From assembly GCA_001829315.1 (NCBI GenBank), contig MIAY01000010.1, forward strand, positions 20,871 to 84,870: DNA of 64,000 nt, written 5' to 3'. Position 1 is the first letter of the stretch, and every line of letters begins with the position of its first letter. Of this stretch, positions 49,392 through 58,765 are shown one piece after another. Source of the stretch: Spirochaetes bacterium GWE1_32_154 (GTDB lineage Bacteria > Spirochaetota > GWE2-31-10). Position numbers and translations under genes: made by a program. The notes below the pieces were generated by a model, which made no database searches, was not told the origin of the DNA, and saw only the letters and a program-made list of their open reading frames with translations.

Positions 49392-49453
49392 AAGTATAAA
49401 TATAATAAATATGAAAGAAGTCCCGCAGAATACAATCCACGGGACATAAAAAA
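49392..49453 (-). terminator. Terminator-like hairpin (gtcccg-N14-cgggac) downstream of the 1180-aa gene
   Basis: 6-bp GC stem followed by a T-rich run on the minus strand. Confidence 0.4.
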
Positions 49454-52400
49454 CTATTTTCTAAAAAGTGGATCTACACCAATAGTACCATAAAGCCCTT
49501 GTAAATAATCGTCTGATTTAATTTTAGTTAATTCAGTTTCAACATTTTTTAATTTTTCATCAATTTTCTTATCTTTAATAATCGGAGCATTAATGGGGTT
49601 TGCAATAAATTGTTGAATATACAATATATGTTTCTCAAATAAAGCGATTTCATTTTCTTGCTTTTGAATTAAACGTTTTTTATACCAATCACTACTAATT
49701 ACAGACTCTCTTGTAAATAAATTTCTAATCTCTTTATCTTCAATCACTTTCCCATTGTAATGACCGTATGCCATAATATGAAGTAATGCTTTTAACGGTG
49801 GTATCGCAGATTCAACACTACCGTCAGAGAAATACTCTAACGCAATCTTTTTTTGAGCTTCTACAATATTGTTTATTCCATCAGCAAAAGACTCCATATC
49901 CTGAAGCTCGGGTTTTAATATTTTTTCTGAGAAAACTGCTTGAGGTTCATCAAAAACTCTTCCCATATAGCGGTACAAAAATTGTTCAGTGATTCTATAT
50001 CCAAGTCGTGAGCCTAAAATCTTTTGACCATTATAGTCAAAATCATTTACCTTTTCTAAACAACCTTCTTTAATAAGCTGGTATGGATCTCTTTCATTCG
50101 ATGTCAATTTACACCATATTTCAGGAACTAACATACTAACATCATGATCAACCTGAAAATCAGGACCAATATGGCCGGCTGCAGATGAATATCCGTGATA
50201 TCCTGTTAGAATGAATGATAGAAGAGCATTATTAAGATCTGTTGTTGCAACAAGCATGTTAAAAGGACCTTTTGTTAATGCACCTTCTGAACCGGCACCG
50301 GTAGTTGAAGGAGATTTACCTGTTAAACTTGCAACGAAATCCATAAATAACTCGGGTAATTCCTGGTAATGAATCGGATTAAAAACACATAGAGGTCTAA
50401 ATCCGTTCTTTTTATCAGGCGGGTTGTTTCTTCTACCTGATAATACTGAGTTAACAGGATAAACAACCGGTTTTCCTAAAGGAATTTTTCTATATAATCG
50501 AGTACTGATATCAGCTAGCAAAGTATTAATTGGTTCAACAAAATCAGGTCTAACCTGTAAATATCGAACATTTTTGGTTGGTTCTCCATTAACAAGTCTT
50601 GGATTAGATGGCACAATAAAGAACTCATCATTTTTACCGTTTTTGTTGATATCCTTTATCATTTCTTTAACCGGAACAGTAAATTGATCAAAACTAACTG
50701 CATCTTCAATAAGATCCTTTGCAAAAGCTGTCTTGTATGGTTCAAAGTTTGAAACGAAAATATTTGTAGAAGATAGATCTGCTTCTGCTTGTTTATCAAA
50801 ACCTCGAACAACACAATCATCAGGCCGTTGAAACAATCGATGTTCACAGTTTTTTAGAATTTTTACACTTTCGTTTTTCATATCTTTATGAATATATTCA
50901 AGCTGGTTTGCCGGAACAGTAATTGAAACTGAAATATCATCTTCAAGTTGAACCTTAGCAGCGCTCTTAAAATCCATTCTTAATTTATAAATGCACCAGG
51001 CACCTTTTTGATCAAACCCGATTCGTAAATAACTCGGTCTAACAGCTCTACCATCAAAATTAAGTTCATGCCCCGGTTTCCCGTTAACAATATCAACAGT
51101 AAAATGTGATCTCCAGTCATTACCCCATTCTGCAACATAAAATCGTTTAACAAGGAAAACAAGTGATTTGATATAGTTTGGAATAGATTCAAGCCATTTA
51201 TTAAAATCGTTTGTATAATGTGAAGACGGTGTTAATAATTTAATAACAGAACCGAGCGATCTTTTTGGACTTAATATTGTTCTTGATGGCTCTGTTCTAA
51301 CCGGTTGAGTAATCCATCGATCACTATAGTCTTTATTAATCATCGCTTCAACGGTATCAAGATCCTTTTGTAAATTATTAATATACAATCTTCCATAAAT
51401 AATTGAATTATCAAGAGATTTTGAAATTTCTGATTTCCCGCCACCGGAAACAGTACATGGTTTATGGCAAAAAGTACCATCCGGGTTCGTTCCAATAAGT
51501 TTCCAGGCAGGTGCATTGGGATGTTTTTCCATATGAACCCGGTACCCGTTTGGAAGAATATAATGCTTGCCCGGTAATAACCTCAGGGACTGTGACTTTC
51601 CATTTGCAGACCAGGTAACAATTGTATTGTTTAAATCAAATCGAGCGTCTTCCGGAATATACATGATATTTGAATTAGTCTTATCTATACCGTAATTCAT
51701 AGATTCATTAATATCCATAATAAAGCCATAATTTTTTTTAACAAAATCGAATTTTGCATCTTTTAAGTCTTCATTGAAAATATATTGTTTTCCCTCGTAT
51801 ATTTCACCAAGATTATATCGCGGGAATGCAAGAGTACCACCTGCATGTTCTTCTTCAACAAGACCGTAAATATTAGCAGAATAACTTAATTGTGTTTTTA
51901 TTTCTTTTTTCCAATATCCAAAATAATTGTCAGCGATAATTGTGATAACTATACCCCGTTCATCTCTGCAACTGATTTTAAAAGGTTGACCATCATTATA
52001 TAGTTCATTAGCATCTTTCCAGCACATACCGTCTTTTTTTTGTCTTTCAGTAGCCTTATCAAAAGGGGGTAACCCGATGTTTTTCTTTGTTAAACTAACA
52101 AGATGAGGAGCAAGGATCATACATCCGGTTGTACCTGACCATCTTTCATAATCGAGTGCCGAATCATTCTCAACAAGGAAAGGATCCCCCTCATTACCAA
52201 ATATTGACTCTCCGAAATCTATAGAGCTTATACAACTACCCGGAACAAAACCTCGTATTTCCATTCTTTTTTCCGGTATAAAACCTTCAACTTCAGGACA
52301 TAGAACAGGTTTATATAGAACAGAACATAAAGTTTTTGCTTTTTCACTCTGAGTACTTGTGAACGGAAGTTCAAGCATCCCTTCAGGAGGATTCATAGCA

Positions 52401-52996
52401 TTGTAAAATAAATGCGCAAACGTTTCTTTGGGAACTTCTTTCTTATCAAATGGAACCGGTAACCCGCCTGCACATATGTGAAAAACACCTTTAGTTGTTC
52501 TTCTGTCATTCTTCGGGTTATGCAAAATCCCCTGTTTTATTCTGTAACTTGAAATCCATTCATTATAAAATTCATTTCTATCCGGTGGAAGGCTTAATTC
52601 TCTGGCTAAACCATACTGATCAAGAACTAAGGTGTTTTGTGCCAATTGTAATTTTTTCCCAATATCAGTATCTTTAAAATAATCATCAATGAAATCCTGA
52701 ATTCTTTTATCTGCCGGGCATAAACTGCCGGAAAGAAGTCTTGTTTTTTCTTTGTAATCTTCAATTATATCTTCAAAAAGATCAATAAAATAACCGTTAT
52801 CACCATTTGTTGAATTGCTTTTGCTACCAGGAGAGCTATCATTAGATGATATAAAGCCCGGTTGACCAAGCATCGCAAGTTTGAAGTTGATATATTTTAT
52901 TACATCTTCCCGTTTTCGTAATGGCGTTAAATCTCCAAAATCCATGCCTATTTTCTTTTTTAAACTCATGATTGCCTCCATTTTTTTATTGTGCAT
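49454..52996 (-). CDS. Large (1180 aa) conserved soluble protein; tentatively PPi-dependent phosphoenolpyruvate carboxykinase (PPi-PEPCK) family, otherwise unknown
   Basis: Long uninterrupted ORF with coding-like composition and a P-loop-like SGGGKSE motif near residue 520. Size and anaerobe context match the PPi-PEPCK family (about 1100-1200 aa). The sequence match could not be verified without a search. Confidence 0.5.
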   Translation of the reverse strand: MHNKKMEAIMSLKKKIGMDFGDLTPLRKREDVIKYINFKLAMLGQPGFISSNDSSPGSKSNSTNGDNGYFIDLFEDIIEDYKEKTRLLSGSLCPADKRIQDFIDDYFKDTDIGKKLQLAQNTLVLDQYGLARELSLPPDRNEFYNEWISSYRIKQGILHNPKNDRRTTKGVFHICAGGLPVPFDKKEVPKETFAHLFYNAMNPPEGMLELPFTSTQSEKAKTLCSVLYKPVLCPEVEGFIPEKRMEIRGFVPGSCISSIDFGESIFGNEGDPFLVENDSALDYERWSGTTGCMILAPHLVSLTKKNIGLPPFDKATERQKKDGMCWKDANELYNDGQPFKISCRDERGIVITIIADNYFGYWKKEIKTQLSYSANIYGLVEEEHAGGTLAFPRYNLGEIYEGKQYIFNEDLKDAKFDFVKKNYGFIMDINESMNYGIDKTNSNIMYIPEDARFDLNNTIVTWSANGKSQSLRLLPGKHYILPNGYRVHMEKHPNAPAWKLIGTNPDGTFCHKPCTVSGGGKSEISKSLDNSIIYGRLYINNLQKDLDTVEAMINKDYSDRWITQPVRTEPSRTILSPKRSLGSVIKLLTPSSHYTNDFNKWLESIPNYIKSLVFLVKRFYVAEWGNDWRSHFTVDIVNGKPGHELNFDGRAVRPSYLRIGFDQKGAWCIYKLRMDFKSAAKVQLEDDISVSITVPANQLEYIHKDMKNESVKILKNCEHRLFQRPDDCVVRGFDKQAEADLSSTNIFVSNFEPYKTAFAKDLIEDAVSFDQFTVPVKEMIKDINKNGKNDEFFIVPSNPRLVNGEPTKNVRYLQVRPDFVEPINTLLADISTRLYRKIPLGKPVVYPVNSVLSGRRNNPPDKKNGFRPLCVFNPIHYQELPELFMDFVASLTGKSPSTTGAGSEGALTKGPFNMLVATTDLNNALLSFILTGYHGYSSAAGHIGPDFQVDHDVSMLVPEIWCKLTSNERDPYQLIKEGCLEKVNDFDYNGQKILGSRLGYRITEQFLYRYMGRVFDEPQAVFSEKILKPELQDMESFADGINNIVEAQKKIALEYFSDGSVESAIPPLKALLHIMAYGHYNGKVIEDKEIRNLFTRESVISSDWYKKRLIQKQENEIALFEKHILYIQQFIANPINAPIIKDKKIDEKLKNVETELTKIKSDDYLQGLYGTIGVDPLFRK

Positions 52997-53196
52997 AATG
53001 TGGTATTCGAAGTTGCTTCAAAATATTCTAAATAAAATATTTAATTAAAGATATATATGATTATTACTAATTTTAAAAGTATTATTTGAAAATATTAAGA
53101 TTTAGATTTATAATATTAAAAATAAAACTGAAATAGTTCTTTTAAATCATGTATTGTAATTCTTTTTATTAAAAAAAAATAAGTTAGTGAGTTTTT

Positions 53197-54660
53197 ATGC
53201 CAAAAATATTAATTATGTATCCAAACAAAATGTTTCTTGAATTTTCAAAAAATTACCTGAGTAGATTTGCGTACGAAGTAGTAACGGGAATTGATGGCGC
53301 ATCATTATATAATACTGCGGCTAAAACAAATCCTGATTTAATATTGATAGGTAGAAATTTACCAGGGTTAGAATTAGCAAGTTTTTTATTTAAAAAAAAA
53401 GTTTCAAACACATTAAAAAACATACCGGTTTATCTTGTCGGAAATTTCTCTACAAAAGAAATACTTCAATTAAAAGAGTATAATATAGACGCTTATATTT
53501 CATCACCGATAAACCCTTCGGCTTTGGTAGAAAGAATAAACACAACCTTTAAAATTTCAAATTATTCAACAAGCAAATCAACCCCGATGCTTACTGATAT
53601 ACATGTAAAAGGTAAAATCTTTGTTTTGCAAATTGAAGCAAATCTTGAACCGGATAAAATCGATATTCTTAATTTCAAAATACGCTCATATTGTGCCGAA
53701 AAGAAAATCAAAGATCCCCGGTTTCTTTTTATCATACCATCAATGTATCCTGAAACGATCAATTGTGAAAACCTCGAAATACTTTTTCATTCAAGACAAT
53801 ACCCGGAGTTATCAGTAACTAACAGACAAATAAAAATTTTATCAAAAAACGCACACTTTCTTGAAACATTAAAAAAACATGAACAATTCAGCAGTTTTGA
53901 AATTATTCCTGATTATATATATGGTTTAGAGCGGTTGAATGTGGATTTTGATAATATGCAAACGATTCCGGTTAATTATCTGACAGCAGGAGCTAAATAT
54001 ATATTAGATTTATATGATAACGATGGGGGGCTGCGTGTCCCGGCTCGCACAATAATTACTGATAAAATGATTGAATATTTTAAATCTGTTGAATTACGAC
54101 ATTTAATTTATTATTCAAATAAAGATATTACCGAGCTTATGCAAAATACAGACGAAGATTTTGCCGTTAAAGATGAAATAACCATTGCAGATTCATTACT
54201 TAATCAGACTGATGAAATGGAAAATCATACTGTAGTTAATGAAAATATGGATGAAAAAATGAAGTTATTTTTCAACAAAATACGAGATTATAATTGTATG
54301 GTTATTACGGAAGTAAAAGAAGATGGTGATTTTATTCGTAATTCATTAGATGATTCATTAAAAGTATCAGTTGAAAGAAGCGGAGCTGATGTATTAATGC
54401 TTTTGGATCAGAAAAAATATATTTTAGTTATTGTCGATATTAATGTGAATAATCCTTCCGCGTATGAGATACTATCTTCTATCAGATCAAAAGCGAGCAG
54501 GCGAAAAATATCAGTAATTATTAATACAAAGTCAATAGATATGATTACTGTCAATAAATTTAAGAAATTAGGAACTGATTGTATACTGGTGTATCCATAT
54601 TCGAAACAAAAATTATTACATAAAGTATTTGAATTTGTTACCCAGGATAGAGAAAATTGA
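53197..54660 (+). CDS. Response-regulator-like protein with degenerate N-terminal receiver (phospho-acceptor Asp replaced) and C-terminal receiver domain, unknown output
   Basis: N-terminal fold ILIMYPN...DLILIGRNLPG (G at the acceptor position). C-terminal YILVIVDINVNNPSAYEIL receiver-like region. ATGA-coupled to the downstream sigma-54 activator. Confidence 0.6.
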   Translation: MPKILIMYPNKMFLEFSKNYLSRFAYEVVTGIDGASLYNTAAKTNPDLILIGRNLPGLELASFLFKKKVSNTLKNIPVYLVGNFSTKEILQLKEYNIDAYISSPINPSALVERINTTFKISNYSTSKSTPMLTDIHVKGKIFVLQIEANLEPDKIDILNFKIRSYCAEKKIKDPRFLFIIPSMYPETINCENLEILFHSRQYPELSVTNRQIKILSKNAHFLETLKKHEQFSSFEIIPDYIYGLERLNVDFDNMQTIPVNYLTAGAKYILDLYDNDGGLRVPARTIITDKMIEYFKSVELRHLIYYSNKDITELMQNTDEDFAVKDEITIADSLLNQTDEMENHTVVNENMDEKMKLFFNKIRDYNCMVITEVKEDGDFIRNSLDDSLKVSVERSGADVLMLLDQKKYILVIVDINVNNPSAYEILSSIRSKASRRKISVIINTKSIDMITVNKFKKLGTDCILVYPYSKQKLLHKVFEFVTQDREN

Positions 54661-55979
54661 GTATGTACGAAGAAATATTTCAAGTTCTCAACTTTGGGGT
54701 TATAATTATTTCACAAATTGATTTTTCTATTATTGAAATAAATAATTATGCAAAAGAAATATTATTAATCGAAAATGAAAAGAAAATAACTGGTGATGAA
54801 CTTTTCAAATTATTTTCCGGTGATGGAACTGATGCTGATTTTTTCAGCATTACAAGAACTGGAGGAATAGAAAATTTTTTTAAGAAAACAGATGGCTCAA
54901 CTTTCTATGGGGAATTGACATTCACCGATTTACCTGATCGTGATTGTTATATGATAACAATTCGAAATGCAGAAATGGATAGAATAATTATAGATAAATT
55001 AAAACAACTTGAAACAACTATTTATAATTTATCCGGTGTAGGTGAAATTATTTTTGAATCTGCAAAAATGAAAGAAGTGTATAATCTATGTATGTTGTAT
55101 CATAAAGAGAAAAAAACAAATGTATTAATTGAAGGTGAAACAGGAACCGGTAAAGAAATAATTGCCAGCTTAATCCATTTTGGAAATGGCGACGGAGGTG
55201 TTTCTCCATTTATTCCATTAAACTGTGCGGCAATACCGGAAAATTTATTCGAAAGTGAATTATTCGGTTTTGTAAAAGGTGCGTTTACCGGAGCTGACAC
55301 AGACAGACCGGGTAAAATCGAGTTATCAGGTTCCGGTTCACTTTTTCTTGATGAAATTGGTGAATTACCGCTTTATATGCAACCTAAATTATTACGGGTT
55401 TTGCAGGAACGGGAGTATTACAGGGTCGGTGGTAACATTCAATTAAAAACTGATGCACGATTTATTGCTGCAACAAACCGCGATTTAGAACAAAGTATAC
55501 GTGATGGGGGCTTTAGAGCTGATTTATACTACAGACTAAACACCGGTTATATAAAAGTTCCTCCATTACGGGAAAGGCCCGAGGATATTCAGAGGCTTAC
55601 CCGTTTATTTATTAATAAAACAATCATTGAAAGAAATCGAAAACCGATTAGAATATCCAATAATGCAATGGATTTATTGTCATCGTATAATTGGCCGGGT
55701 AATGTGCGGGAATTAAAGCATGTTATTGAGAAAATTGTCTTAATGTCAGATAAAGATATAATTGAACCTGAAGATATTGATTTTTATGATAATAAAAAAA
55801 TGTATCTGACCCCCTCAGATGTTCTATCCGGTAGCGCACAGTTACCTGCTGAAGGTCTTGATCTGGAATTGATGAATCGACTTATAGTGAAAGAGGTTCT
55901 TAATAAATTTAATGGAAATAAAGGTAAAACTGCAGAATATCTTGGTTTGTCACGCAGCGCGTTAAGAAGCAGATTATAG
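54657..55979 (+). CDS. Sigma-54-dependent transcriptional activator (PAS-like N-terminus, AAA+ sigma-54 interaction domain, Fis-type helix-turn-helix)
   Basis: Walker A GETGTGKE, GAFTGA loop, Walker B/ESELFGF, arginine finger region, and C-terminal helix-turn-helix (GNKGKTAEYLGLSRSALRSRL). Confidence 0.85.
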   Translation: MSMYEEIFQVLNFGVIIISQIDFSIIEINNYAKEILLIENEKKITGDELFKLFSGDGTDADFFSITRTGGIENFFKKTDGSTFYGELTFTDLPDRDCYMITIRNAEMDRIIIDKLKQLETTIYNLSGVGEIIFESAKMKEVYNLCMLYHKEKKTNVLIEGETGTGKEIIASLIHFGNGDGGVSPFIPLNCAAIPENLFESELFGFVKGAFTGADTDRPGKIELSGSGSLFLDEIGELPLYMQPKLLRVLQEREYYRVGGNIQLKTDARFIAATNRDLEQSIRDGGFRADLYYRLNTGYIKVPPLRERPEDIQRLTRLFINKTIIERNRKPIRISNNAMDLLSSYNWPGNVRELKHVIEKIVLMSDKDIIEPEDIDFYDNKKMYLTPSDVLSGSAQLPAEGLDLELMNRLIVKEVLNKFNGNKGKTAEYLGLSRSALRSRL

Positions 55980-56103
55980 AGTGTTTTGGAAGTTCCCCAA
56001 AGAAACAATTTAGTATTTATTTTTATGTTTATTACATTTTTGTATTTTTTGAAAAAAATATCCTTTCATAGTCATTATATTATCATATAAAAGATTTTTT
56101 TAT

Positions 56104-56120
56104 TGGCATAAATTTTGCTA
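56104..56120 (+). promoter_or_regulatory. Sigma-54 (-24/-12) promoter TGGCAT-N5-TTGCT upstream of the nifA-like gene
   Basis: Exact spacing of the GG and GC elements (10 nt between them). Lies 24 nt upstream of the ATG at 56144. Confidence 0.65.
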
Positions 56121-56143
56121 ATTAATTTTTATGAGGTAGTAGA

Positions 56144-57712
56144 ATGTTAACTAATAATTGTCAAAATAATGGTGAATGTTATTCAATTCTATATACAATT
56201 TCAAAAATCATAATGGATTATCCTGAAGTAGATGAAATGCTTGATATGGTACTTTATACACTCATGAGACAGAGTGATATTTTACGGGTGATGATTACTA
56301 TTATTAATACGGAAAGTAATGAAATATTTATTGAAAAAGCAAATGGATTCTCTGATGGGCAGGTTGCAGGAATTCGCTATACACCTGGTGAAGGTATAAT
56401 CGGGAATGTTATCGCTTCCGGGAAATCAGTTGTCATTGAAGATGTATCAAAAAATATTGATTTCTTAAATCGTACAAATTCAACGTTTTCAGAAGGTCAG
56501 TTGTCATTTTTATGTGTGCCAATAAATTATCACGGTCAGGTCGTTGGTGCATTAAGTGTTTTTTATAAATTCAAAAAAGAGGATTATTTACAAGGTGAGT
56601 TTAAATCTTTATCAGTAATCGCATTTATGATATCTGAAGTGATTCAGATAATAAAACTTGAAAGAGAAAAGGAACATGAGCTTGTTCATCAGCTTCGAGA
56701 GGAAAACAGCAGATTAAAAAATCAGATAGAAGATAAAAAGAGATTTCATCCCGAAAATATTATTGGCACTTCAAAAGCTATGAATGAAGCCTTTTCGCTC
56801 ATTGAAAAAGTTGCCCGGACAAATACAACCGTTTTAATTCAAGGGGAATCGGGAGTCGGTAAGGAGTTAGTCGCACAGGCAATACATCACAGCAGTTTAC
56901 GATCGCATAAACCTTTTATAAAAGTAAATTGTGCCGCATTACCGCCTGATTTAATAGAAAGTGAATTATTCGGGCATGTGAAAGGTGCGTTTACCGGTGC
57001 GATTGCACATCGAACCGGTCGATTTGAAGCGGCGGATGAGGGTACTATATTTCTTGATGAGATAACAGAAATACCTCTTAATATTCAGGTTAAATTACTC
57101 CGCGTCCTTCAGGAACGTGAAATTGAAAGAGTAGGGGATGGATTAACCAAAAAAATCAATGTACGAATAATTGCAGCAACAAATCGTGATATTCCCGAGC
57201 AGATTCGTAAGAATGAATTTCGTGAAGACTTATACTATAGATTAAATGTATTTCCATTAGTAATTCCACCGTTAAGAAACAGGAAGTCAGATATTTTATC
57301 TCTTGCAGACTTTTTTGTGGAAAAATATTCAAAAATGAATAATAAAGTTGTTCGCAGAATCTCAACTCCTGCAATCGATATGTTAACTTCATATCATTGG
57401 CCGGGAAATGTAAGAGAGCTTGAAAACTGCATTGAGAGGGCTGTTGTATTAAATGGTGACGGGGTAATTCATTCATATCATCTGCCTCCAACATTGCAAA
57501 CCGGCGATGCATCTAATACCTCATATAAGGGAACACTGCAACAACGGGTTGAGCAAGTTGAAAAAGAAATGATTATCGATGCATTAAAAGATTCAAAAGG
57601 TAATATGAGTGAAGCAGCAAAACAGTTGGAAATAACAGAGCGAATGATAGGTTTACGAATGGATCGATACAAAATAAATTACAAAATCTTTAGAGGACAA
57701 AAAAATGATTAA
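56144..57712 (+). CDS. nifA: NifA-type sigma-54-dependent activator (GAF domain, AAA+ sigma-54 interaction domain, helix-turn-helix)
   Basis: GAF-like N-terminal domain. Motifs [30 protein letters not shown]-terminal helix-turn-helix. Adjacent to the nif biosynthetic genes. Inter-domain Cys pattern not checked. Confidence 0.7.
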   Translation: MLTNNCQNNGECYSILYTISKIIMDYPEVDEMLDMVLYTLMRQSDILRVMITIINTESNEIFIEKANGFSDGQVAGIRYTPGEGIIGNVIASGKSVVIEDVSKNIDFLNRTNSTFSEGQLSFLCVPINYHGQVVGALSVFYKFKKEDYLQGEFKSLSVIAFMISEVIQIIKLEREKEHELVHQLREENSRLKNQIEDKKRFHPENIIGTSKAMNEAFSLIEKVARTNTTVLIQGESGVGKELVAQAIHHSSLRSHKPFIKVNCAALPPDLIESELFGHVKGAFTGAIAHRTGRFEAADEGTIFLDEITEIPLNIQVKLLRVLQEREIERVGDGLTKKINVRIIAATNRDIPEQIRKNEFREDLYYRLNVFPLVIPPLRNRKSDILSLADFFVEKYSKMNNKVVRRISTPAIDMLTSYHWPGNVRELENCIERAVVLNGDGVIHSYHLPPTLQTGDASNTSYKGTLQQRVEQVEKEMIIDALKDSKGNMSEAAKQLEITERMIGLRMDRYKINYKIFRGQKND

Positions 57713-58103
57713 TATACAAAAATCAACACAGAAGGAAACCGGTAAAACTAATCAATTTATCGAAAACGGGATATCGTATAAAAAATCAGCAATTAATGGG
57801 TATTCTTCAGGTAAATTTAATAAAGAATTAACATACAGTACTATTTTAATGTCAATTGAGAATTATCTTGTAGGATTTCTTGAAAATACAGGTATAGTTC
57901 CTTTAAGCCATACATTTACCGAGTTGACCGGTGAATTACTCACTACCGGAATAATAACGGGTGAATTTGCTTCTGAAATAAAAAAGATAGATGAACATTT
58001 CAACTTATGTTCATTAGATCCTTTTCAAATGCCTGTAATAAACGATGATTTAATTCATTGGTTATTTACAATAGCAGATAATCTCGGGAAATTACATAAG
58101 TAG
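57705..58103 (+). CDS. Hypothetical protein (132 aa), translationally coupled to nifA
   Basis: ORF overlaps the nifA stop by 8 nt. No recognisable motif. Confidence 0.35.
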   Translation: MINIQKSTQKETGKTNQFIENGISYKKSAINGYSSGKFNKELTYSTILMSIENYLVGFLENTGIVPLSHTFTELTGELLTTGIITGEFASEIKKIDEHFNLCSLDPFQMPVINDDLIHWLFTIADNLGKLHK

Positions 58104-58328
58104 CATATTCCACCAGATTTTAATTGTTTCAAGTTGCTCACCAATTTCCTGATATTGACATCTGGTGAGCATTTGATTGAGGGTATTCTCCAATTCTATT
58201 TCAGTAAATGAATACCCTGATTCTTTCAGGAAATCAAATAAATCATTTTTTTTATCGTATTCATACAGTGATATTCGAAATGACGAATCTGTTTGAATTT
58301 TTGTTATAAAATCTTTTGCATTGTTCAT
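58092..58328 (-). CDS. Nif11-domain protein (78 aa)
   Basis: MNNAKDFITKIQTDSSFRISLYEY...FLKESGYSFTEIELENTL matches the Nif11 pattern (AK-F--K---D--L---L ... AKE-GY-FT-EEL). No GG or GA leader-cleavage motif. Confidence 0.55.
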   Translation of the reverse strand: MNNAKDFITKIQTDSSFRISLYEYDKKNDLFDFLKESGYSFTEIELENTLNQMLTRCQYQEIGEQLETIKIWWNMLLM

Positions 58329-58340
58329 TTGTTTCTCCTT

Positions 58341-58742
58341 TTATTTGCAACTTTGACTACTGCATTTGTTGCAATTACTTGTACAAGACGGATTTTCATA
58401 GATTTCACTTGTTGTGTATTCAGTTAGAATCATGTGTTCAAGCATATAAATGTTTTCTTTTAATGAATTTGAATGGGTTCGCAGGACAGATATTTTATGT
58501 TCATGAAGGATTTTTAATGCCATCGGTTTTATTGTTGGTGTAACAATCGCATTAAGACCTTCATTTAAAAGACTTTTTATTATACTGTCTGAATTATATT
58601 TGTCTATTAAAGTATCTTTTGGATATATAGTATAATTTCCTGTTATCGTATCAAAAAACATAAGAAATAGGGCAGATAATAGATCATTTGATAATCTGCT
58701 ATCTAATTCATTGTTATCGATTAATGGTAAACAAACTTTCAT
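58341..58742 (-). CDS. NifX/NafY-like dinitrogenase FeMo-cofactor-binding domain protein with Cys-rich C-terminal tail
   Basis: MKVCLPL...GLNAIVTPTIKPMALKILHEHKISVL resembles the NifX/NifB-C-terminal domain. Tail is NPSCTSNCNKCSSQSCK. Confidence 0.55.
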   Translation of the reverse strand: MKVCLPLIDNNELDSRLSNDLLSALFLMFFDTITGNYTIYPKDTLIDKYNSDSIIKSLLNEGLNAIVTPTIKPMALKILHEHKISVLRTHSNSLKENIYMLEHMILTEYTTSEIYENPSCTSNCNKCSSQSCK

Positions 58743-58765
58743 AGTGTCCTCCGGTGTAATTATTT

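Noticed and set aside
58092-58328. Nif11 protein as a RiPP (N11P) precursor.
   Set aside because: It lacks a GG or GA leader-cleavage motif and no adjacent maturation enzymes (cyclodehydratase, LanM, peptidase-ABC exporter) are present. It is more likely a standalone nif-associated Nif11 protein. It remains a low-probability alternative.
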